Shown here: positions 1 through 8,787 of the stretch, in pieces
How the letters are laid out: each line of letters starts with the position of its first letter
Numbering within the stretch: position 1 is the first letter of the stretch
Assembly (NCBI GenBank): GCA_047633475.1
Contig: JBLIEY010000001.1
Location: 2,257 to 66,256, forward strand
From: Sulfurimonas sp.
GTDB lineage: Bacteria; Campylobacterota; Campylobacteria; Campylobacterales; Sulfurimonadaceae
DNA length: 64,000 nucleotides
Direction of reading: 5' to 3'
The notes under the pieces: model-generated
The model's input: the letters and a program-made list of their open reading frames with translations, nothing else
Told to the model about the DNA's origin: nothing
Databases searched by the model: none
Position numbers and translations under genes: made by a program

Positions 1-1
1 T

Positions 2-517
2 GCAACAAAAGCTAGAAAAGATGGAATTTTGGCTTTAGAAGGTGATGTTAACTCTGAAGAAAACGAATTTTTAAAAAAAGGTCTTTCTATGGCAATTGAT
101 GGTAGTGAACCAGACACTATCCGTGATTTGTTAGAGATAGAAATGGAACAAACAAGTATACGTCACAAAATTAATAGCTCTATCTTTAACAATTGGGCAG
201 GATTAGCAGGGGCCATGGGTATGGTTGGTACACTTATTGGTCTTGTTGCGATGCTGCTAAACATGGCAGATCCCTCAGCTATTGGTCCATCAATGGCCGT
301 TGCCTTACTTACCACAATGTATGGGGCGATTATTGGTAATGTTTTAGGTACTCCTATTTATAATATATTGACAATTAGAAATGATGAAGAGACTTTAATA
401 AAAGAAATGATTTTATCTGGAATTATGTCTATTCAATCAGGAGATGCTCCTAGAGTACTTGAAGCTAAGCTTCTAGCATACTTGGCTCCTAAAGATCGTA
501 TGAGTCAATTTGATTAA
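2..517 (+). CDS. motA: Flagellar stator protein MotA (5' end outside window)
   Basis: Frame is open from base 2 (ATKARKDGILALE...). MotA motifs LAGAMGMVGTLIGLV and ALLTTMYG; directly upstream of motB. Confidence 0.92.
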   Translation, partial: ATKARKDGILALEGDVNSEENEFLKKGLSMAIDGSEPDTIRDLLEIEMEQTSIRHKINSSIFNNWAGLAGAMGMVGTLIGLVAMLLNMADPSAIGPSMAVALLTTMYGAIIGNVLGTPIYNILTIRNDEETLIKEMILSGIMSIQSGDAPRVLEAKLLAYLAPKDRMSQFD

Positions 518-532
518 AAATGGACAAAACTA

Positions 533-1312
533 ATGGCTAAGAAGAATAAGTGTCCTGATTGTGAAGAGTGTTTACCAGCTTGGCTAGCTGCCTTTGGGGA
601 TTTAATGTCTCTTCTATTATGTTTTTTCGTTCTTCTTCTTTCTATGTCAAGTATGGATGCAAAGAAAATATCTGAAGCTATAGGTTCACTATCTGGTGCA
701 ATGAGTGTTTTAGAAGGTGGAACAAAGACTGAAGTTTCTAAAAGAAGAATTCAAGAATCTACTCCTATTGAAGTTCAAGATGAAACTACTGAAGCAGTAA
801 ACAGAGTTACTCAAGCTGTTATGGATGCTAATGAAATGATGGAAAAAGGTCATGGACAAGCTATATCAGTAGAAGAAGCTCAAGAAGGTTTTGTTATTGA
901 GCTTCCCGCTTCACTTTTGTTTAAATCAGGAAGTGCCACCATTGAAAATGAAGATGCTCTGCTTTTCCTAAAAAGGGTAGCTTTAATAGTAGAAGAACTA
1001 CCAAATACTATGCAAGTTAGTGTACAAGGTCATACAGACAATCAAAATCCCGGTAACAATAGTGTTTTTAAAGATAATTGGGAACTTTCTTCTGCTCGCG
1101 GAATTTCTGTCCTTCAAGAATTATTGCTTGATGGAGTTGATCCAAAAAGAATTAGTGCTTCGGGGTTTGCTCAATTTAAACCTTTAGCCACAAATGTTAC
1201 AGAGGCAGGAAGAGAAAAAAATCGTAGAGTCGAGTTGCATTTTTATGGAAGCAAGTCAGAAAAAGAAGAAAAAATCAAACGTACTATTCTAGATAAGGCA
1301 CCTGCAAAGTAA
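533..1312 (+). CDS. motB: Flagellar stator protein MotB
   Basis: N-terminal WLAAFGDLMSLLLCFFVLL TM with conserved Asp; OmpA-like C-terminus GHTD...NWELS...RRVE. Confidence 0.93.
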   Translation: MAKKNKCPDCEECLPAWLAAFGDLMSLLLCFFVLLLSMSSMDAKKISEAIGSLSGAMSVLEGGTKTEVSKRRIQESTPIEVQDETTEAVNRVTQAVMDANEMMEKGHGQAISVEEAQEGFVIELPASLLFKSGSATIENEDALLFLKRVALIVEELPNTMQVSVQGHTDNQNPGNNSVFKDNWELSSARGISVLQELLLDGVDPKRISASGFAQFKPLATNVTEAGREKNRRVELHFYGSKSEKEEKIKRTILDKAPAK

Positions 1313-2046
1313 TGCTAAGACTGATTACTTTGCTTTTAGCGATTGCTTCTATTTTAGGAGCAGAAACCGTAGCTATACCAACTATGAACTTTGCTCTTAC
1401 AGCTCCAGATACTCCACAACAATTAGTTAGTTCATTAAATGTTCTAGTTGGATTAACCCTCTTATTTTTAGCACCAAGTATGATACTTGTAATGACAACA
1501 TTTACTCGTTTTGTGATTGTGTTTGGTTTTTTAAGACAAGCTCTCGGTACACAACAAGTTCCACCTACACAGCTTTTAGTTATGCTCGCTATGATATTGA
1601 CATTTTTTGTTATGGAACCAATAGGTCAACAATCTTATGATAATGGTATTAAACCTTACATAGAACAAAAAATTGGTTACGAGGAAGCTTTTGATAGATC
1701 TACTCTTCCTTTTAAAAACTTTATGATTAGAAATACAAGAGAGAAAGATTTAGCACTTTTTTTTAGAATAAGAAAGATGGAAAATCCTGCAACTATAGCG
1801 GATGTTCCCTTATCTGTAATAATTCCATCTTTTGTTATAAGTGAGTTAAAAACAGCATTTGAGATAGGTTTTTTACTCTTTTTACCATTTTTGGTTATTG
1901 ATATGGTTGTAGCATCTATACTAATGTCTATGGGTATGATGATGCTTCCTCCTGTAATGATTTCTCTACCCTTTAAGATACTTGTGTTTGTTCTTATAGA
2001 TGGTTGGAACTTACTTATTGGTAACCTTATAGCAACAATAAAATAG
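1312..2046 (+). CDS. fliP: Flagellar export apparatus protein FliP
   Basis: MTTFTRFVIVFGFLRQALGTQQVPP, SELKTAFEIG and MMMLPPVMISLPFK signature motifs. Confidence 0.96.
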   Translation: MLRLITLLLAIASILGAETVAIPTMNFALTAPDTPQQLVSSLNVLVGLTLLFLAPSMILVMTTFTRFVIVFGFLRQALGTQQVPPTQLLVMLAMILTFFVMEPIGQQSYDNGIKPYIEQKIGYEEAFDRSTLPFKNFMIRNTREKDLALFFRIRKMENPATIADVPLSVIIPSFVISELKTAFEIGFLLFLPFLVIDMVVASILMSMGMMMLPPVMISLPFKILVFVLIDGWNLLIGNLIATIK

Positions 2047-2061
2047 GATTGGTAATAATAT

Positions 2062-3168
2062 ATGGATTGTAAATATTTTGGTGAGTGTGGTGCCTGTAGA
2101 GTGTATGAGAATGGCTATGAGGGACAACTTAATGAAAAACTAGAACTAAATAGAGACAGATTTTTATCTTTTTATAAAAAAGATATTTCAGTTTTTAAAT
2201 CACCTGATTCCCATTATCGCTCAAGAAGTGAATTTAAAATATGGCATATTGAAGATGAAATTCACTATGGCATGAATCACTTAAAGGATAAAAGTGTAGT
2301 TTTAGTTGATGATTGCCCGCAGGTCAATAAGTTTATACATGCACTTATGCCAAAACTTCTAGTAGCAATAAAAGAAAAAGAGATAGGTTTTAAATTATTT
2401 GGGGCAGATTTTCTAAGCTCAAACACTGGTGAAATAGTAGTTTCACTAATCTATCATAGAAAACTAGACGTACATTGGCAAGAAAAAGCTACAGAGATTG
2501 CAAAAGAGCTTGGCATATACATAATAGGGCGAAGCCGTAAGCAGAAGATTATTGTAGGACAGGATTACATTACCGAGAGTTTAAGTATTGACGAACAAGT
2601 ATATAAATTTAAATACATTGAAAATAGTTTCACTCAACCAAACTTAAAAGTTAATGAGAAGATGATATCTTGGGCCTTAAAGAGTTTATCTGATTGTGAA
2701 GGTGACTTACTTGAACTATATTGTGGAGCAGGTAACTTTACAATTGCATTCGCAAAAAAGTTTAACAAAGTTTTAGCTACAGAGATATCAAAACCATCAA
2801 TCAATGCTGCAAAAGAAAATATGCTTTTAAATGATGTAGAAAATATTGAATTTATTCGTATGAGTGTTGAAGAATTTGTTCAAGCCCTTGATGGAGAGAA
2901 AGAATTTAATCGTATGAAGGAAATAGATATAGACTCATACAATATAAATACAATATTTGTAGATCCGCCAAGAAGTGGAATGGATGAATCATCATGTAGA
3001 TTTACAACAAGATATGACAATATTTTATATATTTCATGTAACCCCGAGACTTTAGTTCGAGATTTGGAAATTTTAGGTGAAACTCATGATGTGATTGATA
3101 TGGCTTTATTTGATCAATTCCCATATACTCATCATGTTGAGATGGGTGTTAAATTGCTAAAAAGGTAA
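2062..3168 (+). CDS. trmA: tRNA/tmRNA (uracil-5-)-methyltransferase
   Basis: SFTQPN, LLELYCGAGNF, VDPPRSG, YISCNPETL and DQFPYTHHVE motifs. Confidence 0.9.
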   Translation: MDCKYFGECGACRVYENGYEGQLNEKLELNRDRFLSFYKKDISVFKSPDSHYRSRSEFKIWHIEDEIHYGMNHLKDKSVVLVDDCPQVNKFIHALMPKLLVAIKEKEIGFKLFGADFLSSNTGEIVVSLIYHRKLDVHWQEKATEIAKELGIYIIGRSRKQKIIVGQDYITESLSIDEQVYKFKYIENSFTQPNLKVNEKMISWALKSLSDCEGDLLELYCGAGNFTIAFAKKFNKVLATEISKPSINAAKENMLLNDVENIEFIRMSVEEFVQALDGEKEFNRMKEIDIDSYNINTIFVDPPRSGMDESSCRFTTRYDNILYISCNPETLVRDLEILGETHDVIDMALFDQFPYTHHVEMGVKLLKR

Positions 3169-3172
3169 CAGT

Positions 3173-3856
3173 ATGAAAATCTTTCTTATAATCCTATTAT
3201 TAGTTTCATTTTTACAATCAGATGAGATGCAAAGAATTGAATCTATCATACAAGATATTGCAAAACTTCGTACTCAGTATGAAGAGTGTAAAAATAGTTT
3301 AAATACTAAAGAAACTCTTAGAGTGAATTTAGTAAAGCATGATAAAGATAACTCTAAAATAACTAAATATGAAAAGAAACTAAAAGTTCAAAGAGAAAAC
3401 AATATTATTTTAACAGCTGAAGTTGAGTATCTTAATGAAAGAAAAATAAATTATGAAAATATAATTAAAAAATATAAGAAACTTTTAATAATCAAAGAGA
3501 AAGATATTTTAGCTTTGAATAAAAAGATGAAAAATAATATAAAATCTACTAAATTATGCCCAGTTAAGCAAGATGACAACCCTTTTCCAAAGTTAATGTT
3601 AAAAGAAAATGCTCAAATAAAAGAAAAAGAAAAAGTACAAATTACAAAGGCAAATACATTTCGTTTAAAATCTGATAGTTCAATCTTTGATGCACCAAAT
3701 GCAAATCAGATATATTTCTGGACTAAAGAAACTTCTTTTACATCAAATATGAAAACTGAAAATTGGGTAAAAATAACAGGTTTTTTTATAGATAAAAAAT
3801 GGAAAAAAGCTAAGCAAGATATGTGGATTGAAAAAACTAAGGTCTCTAAAAGATAA
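3173..3856 (+). CDS. Hypothetical exported protein, coiled-coil with possible C-terminal SH3-like domain
   Basis: Signal-peptide-like N-terminus, Lys/Glu-rich helical middle, Trp-rich beta-type C-terminus (NWVKITG...MWIE). The domain call is inference. Confidence 0.6.
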   Translation: MKIFLIILLLVSFLQSDEMQRIESIIQDIAKLRTQYEECKNSLNTKETLRVNLVKHDKDNSKITKYEKKLKVQRENNIILTAEVEYLNERKINYENIIKKYKKLLIIKEKDILALNKKMKNNIKSTKLCPVKQDDNPFPKLMLKENAQIKEKEKVQITKANTFRLKSDSSIFDAPNANQIYFWTKETSFTSNMKTENWVKITGFFIDKKWKKAKQDMWIEKTKVSKR

Positions 3857-3874
3857 GAGAAAAGAAGTAATATA

Positions 3875-4039
3875 TTACTGATATGTGTTAAATATATTTT
3901 TCATTTTAGCTACAAAACTACTTTTTTCATTTGGTAGTATTAAATCTCTTGCTTTTTTACGATGTTCAACTCTTATTTGTAGATGCTTTCTTAGAGCTAT
4001 AAGTTTCTCAGGAGTAATCAATAATTCTTTATCTAACAC
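3875..4039 (-). CDS. Small hypothetical protein (54 aa), absent from ORF track
   Basis: GTG start shares 1 nt with the TAG of the upstream gene (TAGTG). Translates as MLDKELLITPEKLIALRKHLQIRVEHRKKARDLILPNEKSSFVAKMKNIFNTYQ; TAA at 3877-3875. Confidence 0.55.
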   Translation of the reverse strand: MLDKELLITPEKLIALRKHLQIRVEHRKKARDLILPNEKSSFVAKMKNIFNTYQ

Positions 4040-5220
4040 TACTTCTCTTTTTTGTTTAAATAGTTCATTAATTCTTTAACAGCATCTTCACTTTTTATAC
4101 GGAACTTAATCTCTATACGTCTAGAAGCATTTTTGTCTTCTTTTTTATTTTTATCTAGAATTGGCTGTGCAAAAGAACGACCGCTGGCACTAAGATATTG
4201 TTTAAACAGTTTTCTGTTTTTTGGATATTCATTGTATAAAAAACTCATTACAGCAAGTGCTCTTTGTTGAGATAGGTTTAAGTTATAAAGATATGATCCA
4301 TCTGAATTAGTATGTCCTTCTATCGTGATTAAATCAACGTATCTCCTCATTTGAGGGTCGTTTAGAAGTAAATCTATATACTTACCTAAGATGCGGCTTA
4401 GTTCCTTCTTGGCACTAGGTTTGAGTGTAGCTTGCCCCTGTGTAAAAAGAATATTTGATGAAAATGTAAGTGAGCCTGTTTCTGGATCAATCGCAACAGA
4501 ATTTCCAAGTTTTTTCTTTAACCTTTGAACAACAGAAATTTTTATTCCAGTAAGGTTTTTTATTTTTATTTTTGTTATGTTTAGATCTTCTACTACTTTT
4601 TGATAATCTCTTTTTTTAAGTAAAAGAGCTTTTCCAAGTTGAGCTATTTCTTCATCTCTTATTTTTATAAAACTACTATCTAGCTCATGTCTGATATCTG
4701 CTTTTTTTACTGAAGATTGAAGCTGTACTATCTCTGTTTTTGTACCGTCTAATTCTTGGGATACAGTTTGTATATTGTACTTTAGTGTATTAATTTCTTT
4801 TTCATTATCTAGTAGTAGTTCTTTTAGTGATTGCATCTCTTGTTCGCTAAGCGATAATGCAGAAGTTTTTTCAGACAGATTTATATTTAGTATGGAAATA
4901 TCATTTTTTAGTTCATCTGTTTCAGTCTTTAGCATACTGATTTTCATACTAAGCTCAAGGTTTTCTTGACGAGATGCTTGAAGTTGTTTTACTAATTTAC
5001 GAAGTTTCTTTTTTTTCTCAGAGAGTTGAGATTCGCTCATTTGTAAAGCGCTCTTTTCTTCTTCTAAGTTCATACGAATAGTTTGCAAATCACTCTGCAT
5101 AAGAAGTGTTTTAACTACAATAGCACCGACTACAAGTATGAAAACAAATAGCAGTCCTGCCATTAAGTCGGCATAAGATATCCAGAAATTTTGACTTTCA
5201 TTTTTGTCTTGTTTTAACAT
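4039..5220 (-). CDS. OmpA/MotB-family membrane protein, ZorB-like, with long coiled-coil stalk
   Basis: N-terminal FWISYADLMAGLLFVFIL TM, about 170 aa heptad-rich segment, then OmpA-like domain (IEGHTNSDG...NLSQQRA...RRIEIKF). Confidence 0.85.
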   Translation of the reverse strand: MLKQDKNESQNFWISYADLMAGLLFVFILVVGAIVVKTLLMQSDLQTIRMNLEEEKSALQMSESQLSEKKKKLRKLVKQLQASRQENLELSMKISMLKTETDELKNDISILNINLSEKTSALSLSEQEMQSLKELLLDNEKEINTLKYNIQTVSQELDGTKTEIVQLQSSVKKADIRHELDSSFIKIRDEEIAQLGKALLLKKRDYQKVVEDLNITKIKIKNLTGIKISVVQRLKKKLGNSVAIDPETGSLTFSSNILFTQGQATLKPSAKKELSRILGKYIDLLLNDPQMRRYVDLITIEGHTNSDGSYLYNLNLSQQRALAVMSFLYNEYPKNRKLFKQYLSASGRSFAQPILDKNKKEDKNASRRIEIKFRIKSEDAVKELMNYLNKKEK

Positions 5221-5226
5221 CTGGAG

Positions 5227-6522
5227 TTATTTTCCATCTGATTTAAGCTCAGATATTTGAGAAACAATTGTTGCAGTCTCAGAGTCTATGAGTTTTAGTG
5301 TGTTTTGTAGTTTATTTAAAAACTTATCATCAAACTGATTTATTTTATTATCAAAAGAAACCCCAATTAGGTCTATCTTTTTTTTCATAGATTCTATGTT
5401 TTCAATTACACCACTATAAAGGTGCTGTACATTCTGTACATTTATATTTGAAAGTGCTTCATTTAGTTTTATACTATTTTCACTTAGAACTTCAGCTATC
5501 ATTACAGAACGTGAAAACTCAGAGGAGAGTGCATTGTGTGCTTTGTCTAAAGTTTCGTTTTGCTTGTCAACACTTGAAGCAAAAGTTTCAAATTTATCAA
5601 TGGTATTTTGAAAGATAGATGCTACATCAGCTTGTTGATTTGCAATCATTTCTAATCTACCTGCCCCATCTTCTAATAGTTGGGAAACCTTTGAAGTAGC
5701 TTTTTGTTCGTGTTCTATGATTTGCTCAAATATATTCATTCTTTGAGCTAAGGCTTCATTCAAGTTTTCAATGAATGCTCCAGATGCGAAGGTGTCAAAC
5801 ACACTATTTAACTTCTCAAAGTTTTCCATACTTTTTCTAAAATATGTTTGTTCTACTTCCTCTTTTTGCCAAAAATAATCGTGTGTTGCTTCTTTAATAA
5901 GATTTGCATCTCTTTGAAAACGACTCATGCCACTTTTTTCAAAAAATATCCACCATATAGATAAAAAGATACCATAAATAGATACATAAAAAGCTGTACC
6001 AACACCACCAAGTAGCTTTGAAATCTCTTCTTCGAGGACTTCTGAAGTTTGTGCTGAAAAGTCTGGCATAGAGATAGCTATACTTATAAAAGTACCTAAG
6101 ATACCAAGAGTTGGGAATATTCCAGCTGCAATAGATGAAAAATTTTCATTCCTCATCTTTTTAGCTTCTTCATTTAAAAAATCATCTAGTGGTGCATTTG
6201 CTTTTTCTATGCCGGCAATAGATAGTAAATTTTTATTTATATATTTTAGTAAGTTATTTTTCACTTCATCAAAATTTTTTCTAAGTTTGCACGATGCATA
6301 GTAAGCGTTATGTTGTAAAAAAAAGACATAAATGATAAAAATGGCTCCAATCATTAAAACACTGTGTATTTCTACATGGAAATTTATAAGCTTTAAATAT
6401 CCAGCTATTGCAAATAAAAATAGAAAAATTGGAATAGAAAGTAACCATAAAAGCCGAACAGAACAGCTTCTCCCTTTTGCTAATAAAATAGATAAGTTTG
6501 TAAACTGTTCTTGAGAAGTCAT
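5227..6522 (-). CDS. MotA/TolQ/ExbB proton-channel family protein, ZorA-like, with long helical tail
   Basis: TM helices including FPTLGILGTF and GVGTAFYVSIYGIFLS, then about 230 aa soluble helical C-terminus; co-oriented upstream of the MotB-like gene. Confidence 0.85.
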   Translation of the reverse strand: MTSQEQFTNLSILLAKGRSCSVRLLWLLSIPIFLFLFAIAGYLKLINFHVEIHSVLMIGAIFIIYVFFLQHNAYYASCKLRKNFDEVKNNLLKYINKNLLSIAGIEKANAPLDDFLNEEAKKMRNENFSSIAAGIFPTLGILGTFISIAISMPDFSAQTSEVLEEEISKLLGGVGTAFYVSIYGIFLSIWWIFFEKSGMSRFQRDANLIKEATHDYFWQKEEVEQTYFRKSMENFEKLNSVFDTFASGAFIENLNEALAQRMNIFEQIIEHEQKATSKVSQLLEDGAGRLEMIANQQADVASIFQNTIDKFETFASSVDKQNETLDKAHNALSSEFSRSVMIAEVLSENSIKLNEALSNINVQNVQHLYSGVIENIESMKKKIDLIGVSFDNKINQFDDKFLNKLQNTLKLIDSETATIVSQISELKSDGK

Positions 6523-6564
6523 GTAGTTATTCCTAATTTTTGTTTATTGTTTATACTTGATATC

Positions 6565-6573
6565 ATTATATCA
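6565..6573 (-). promoter_or_regulatory. Putative extended -10 promoter for the ZorA/ZorB-like operon
   Basis: Minus strand reads TGATATAAT (TGnTATAAT) about 43 nt upstream of the 6522 start. Confidence 0.45.
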
Positions 6574-6706
6574 CTCTTAGTAAAATACTCTGTTATAATA
6601 ACAATAATCTAAATATTTAATATAATGAATACGATTTTCGTAGAAATAAGAATAAACATTATTTTGAAATATTAGGCTTTTAAATAAATATATTAATTGT
6701 TTTTAT

Positions 6707-6715
6707 TGATATAAT
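6707..6715 (+). promoter_or_regulatory. Putative extended -10 promoter for small ORF-recQ
   Basis: TGATATAAT about 58 nt upstream of ATG 6774. A second TGTTATAAT lies at 6591-6599. Confidence 0.4.
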
Positions 6716-6773
6716 GCCAAGCTATATCTATGTATTATATTTGTAAGTGTGAAAATAAAATAGGAGGTGAATT

Positions 6774-6965
6774 ATGTGTATGCCTCATGGTTCCGGTGGG
6801 AAAAAAGATAGTGGCTATATAGAAATTAAGCCAAAAAAACATATTAAGAGAGTTTCTCAAAGTGTGTTTGAGAAAGGTGATCCAGATTTTGTTGATGAAA
6901 GAAAAGATATGAATATAAAACCAGAAGTTAAAAAATCATTTTTCAGTTCTCTATTTGATGACTAA
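6774..6965 (+). CDS. Small hypothetical protein (63 aa)
   Basis: Very strong RBS AGGAGGTGA before the ATG; its 3' end overlaps the recQ start. Confidence 0.65.
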   Translation: MCMPHGSGGKKDSGYIEIKPKKHIKRVSQSVFEKGDPDFVDERKDMNIKPEVKKSFFSSLFDD

Positions 6966-8742
6966 AAAGAAGCTATTAAAAACCGTATTTGGACATGATA
7001 GTTTTCGTGAGTCTCAGGAAGAGGCAGTAGACGCTATATTAAATTCTAGGGACTTAATTACTATCCTACCTACTGGTGGAGGAAAGTCTTTATGTTATCA
7101 ACTGCCATCACTTATGATGAATGGGGTTACAATAGTTGTTTCTCCTCTCATTGCTCTAATGCAAGATCAAGTAAATGCTCTTAAAAATAGTTCCATAAAA
7201 GCGGAAATGATTAACTCCTCACAAGATTTTGATGAGATACAAGATATTACCTCGAGACTTCTTCATGGTGACATAAAACTGCTCTATATCGCTCCAGAGA
7301 GATTGAGTGCAAATGGTTTTATAGAACTTCTTCAAAGAGTTGAAATCAACTATTTTGTTATAGATGAAGCTCACTGTGTAAGTGAATGGGGTCACGAATT
7401 TAGAGCAGACTATAGAAACTTGTCAAAATTAAAACAGATATTTCCAGATGTTACAATTGCTGCATTTACAGCGACAGCAACGCATAAAGTTCAAGAAGAT
7501 ATAGTAAATACTTTAAATCTTAATAACCCTTTACAGCTTAGAGGTAAAACACTAAGAGATAACCTAAGTATTTCTGCACAGCAAAGAGTTGGAAACGGAC
7601 GTAGCCAGCTTCTAGATTTTATATCTAAGCAAGGTGGTGGCAAATGCGGAATAGTTTATGCCTTTAGTAGAAAAGATGTTGAAACTGTTGCTGGATTTTT
7701 AAAGACTAAAGGCTTTAAAGTTGGTGCTTACCATGCTGGACTAAGTAGTGCTATACGAGATAAGGTTTATAAAGATTTTATCTATGAAGAGATAGATATT
7801 GTAGTTGCTACTATAGCCTTTGGTATGGGTATAGACAAGAGTAATATTCGCTTTGTTGCCCATATGAGTATGCCAAAAACTATGGAAAACTATTATCAAG
7901 AAATAGGTAGAGCAGGTCGAGATGGTGTAGATGCTCAAACATTACTTCTTTATACGAAAAGTGATGATGTTAAAATGCGTATGTTTATTGATGATATAGA
8001 AAATTTAGAGTATAAAGAGCTACTTTATAACAAGCTTCGCAAAATGTACAGTTTTTCAAATTCGAGTGAGTGTAGACATAAACTTATAGCACAGTATTTT
8101 GATGATGAGATAGAAGCTTGTGAAGATATTTGTGATAACTGTAAACGTGGTGAAGTTGAAAAAGTAGATATTAGCATCCAAGCTATGAAGTTACTTTCTT
8201 GCATCTATAGATGCGAACAGAAGTTTGGTTTGGTTCATGTTGTAGATGTATTAAAAGGTTCAAAAGCCCAAAAAGTTTTACAGTTTGGACATGAAAATCT
8301 TTCTGTGTACGGCATCGGAGAAGATGTTAGTAAGGATGTATGGAATGCTGTTGCAGATAGATTGTTTGAACTAGAAGCCATTGAAATAGGCGAGTTTAGG
8401 GCTATAAAACTTAAAAACTTTGGAGTTCAGATTTTACAAAAAAAAGTCACAGTAGACATAGATAAACATAAGATGCAAATAAAAACTAAAAGTAAGAAAA
8501 AAGAAAAAATTGAATCAGTTGATGATGTAATATTTGAGAAGTTTAGAACTTTAAGAGCTGAGATAGCTTCAAAAAATGAAATACCTGCTTATATAGTTTT
8601 TTCAGACAAAACACTTATAGAATTTTCTCATAAATTACCTCAAAACAAAGATGAGATGCTAGATGTAAATGGTGTTGGTGAAGTAAAATATGAAAGATAT
8701 GGAGAAGATTTTTTAACTCTTTGTAAAGAGCTAAAGCTTTAA
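6958..8742 (+). CDS. recQ: ATP-dependent DNA helicase RecQ
   Basis: PTGGGKS, DEAHCVSEWGHEFR, ATIAFGMGIDK, QEIGRAGRDG, Zn-binding Cys cluster and C-terminal HRDC (IPAYIVFSDKTL). ATG at 6958; the track starts at TTG 6955. Confidence 0.96.
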   Translation: MTKKKLLKTVFGHDSFRESQEEAVDAILNSRDLITILPTGGGKSLCYQLPSLMMNGVTIVVSPLIALMQDQVNALKNSSIKAEMINSSQDFDEIQDITSRLLHGDIKLLYIAPERLSANGFIELLQRVEINYFVIDEAHCVSEWGHEFRADYRNLSKLKQIFPDVTIAAFTATATHKVQEDIVNTLNLNNPLQLRGKTLRDNLSISAQQRVGNGRSQLLDFISKQGGGKCGIVYAFSRKDVETVAGFLKTKGFKVGAYHAGLSSAIRDKVYKDFIYEEIDIVVATIAFGMGIDKSNIRFVAHMSMPKTMENYYQEIGRAGRDGVDAQTLLLYTKSDDVKMRMFIDDIENLEYKELLYNKLRKMYSFSNSSECRHKLIAQYFDDEIEACEDICDNCKRGEVEKVDISIQAMKLLSCIYRCEQKFGLVHVVDVLKGSKAQKVLQFGHENLSVYGIGEDVSKDVWNAVADRLFELEAIEIGEFRAIKLKNFGVQILQKKVTVDIDKHKMQIKTKSKKKEKIESVDDVIFEKFRTLRAEIASKNEIPAYIVFSDKTLIEFSHKLPQNKDEMLDVNGVGEVKYERYGEDFLTLCKELKL

Positions 8743-8787
8743 AAAAGATGATATAATAATAAAAACTTAAAGATAATAGAGTGTAAT

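Noticed and set aside
3885-4079. 64-aa plus-strand ORF in the track, and similar short ORFs nested antisense in long genes (e.g. 4775, 13718, 30259, 47378, 59459)
   Set aside because: They are antisense shadows of well-supported genes, with Ser/Phe/Ile-biased composition and no RBS. At 3885 the real gene is on the minus strand.
4039-8742. RecQ as the helicase effector of a Zorya system
   Set aside because: It is a canonical RecQ with RQC/HRDC domains, divergently transcribed, and not a SNF2-type ZorD.
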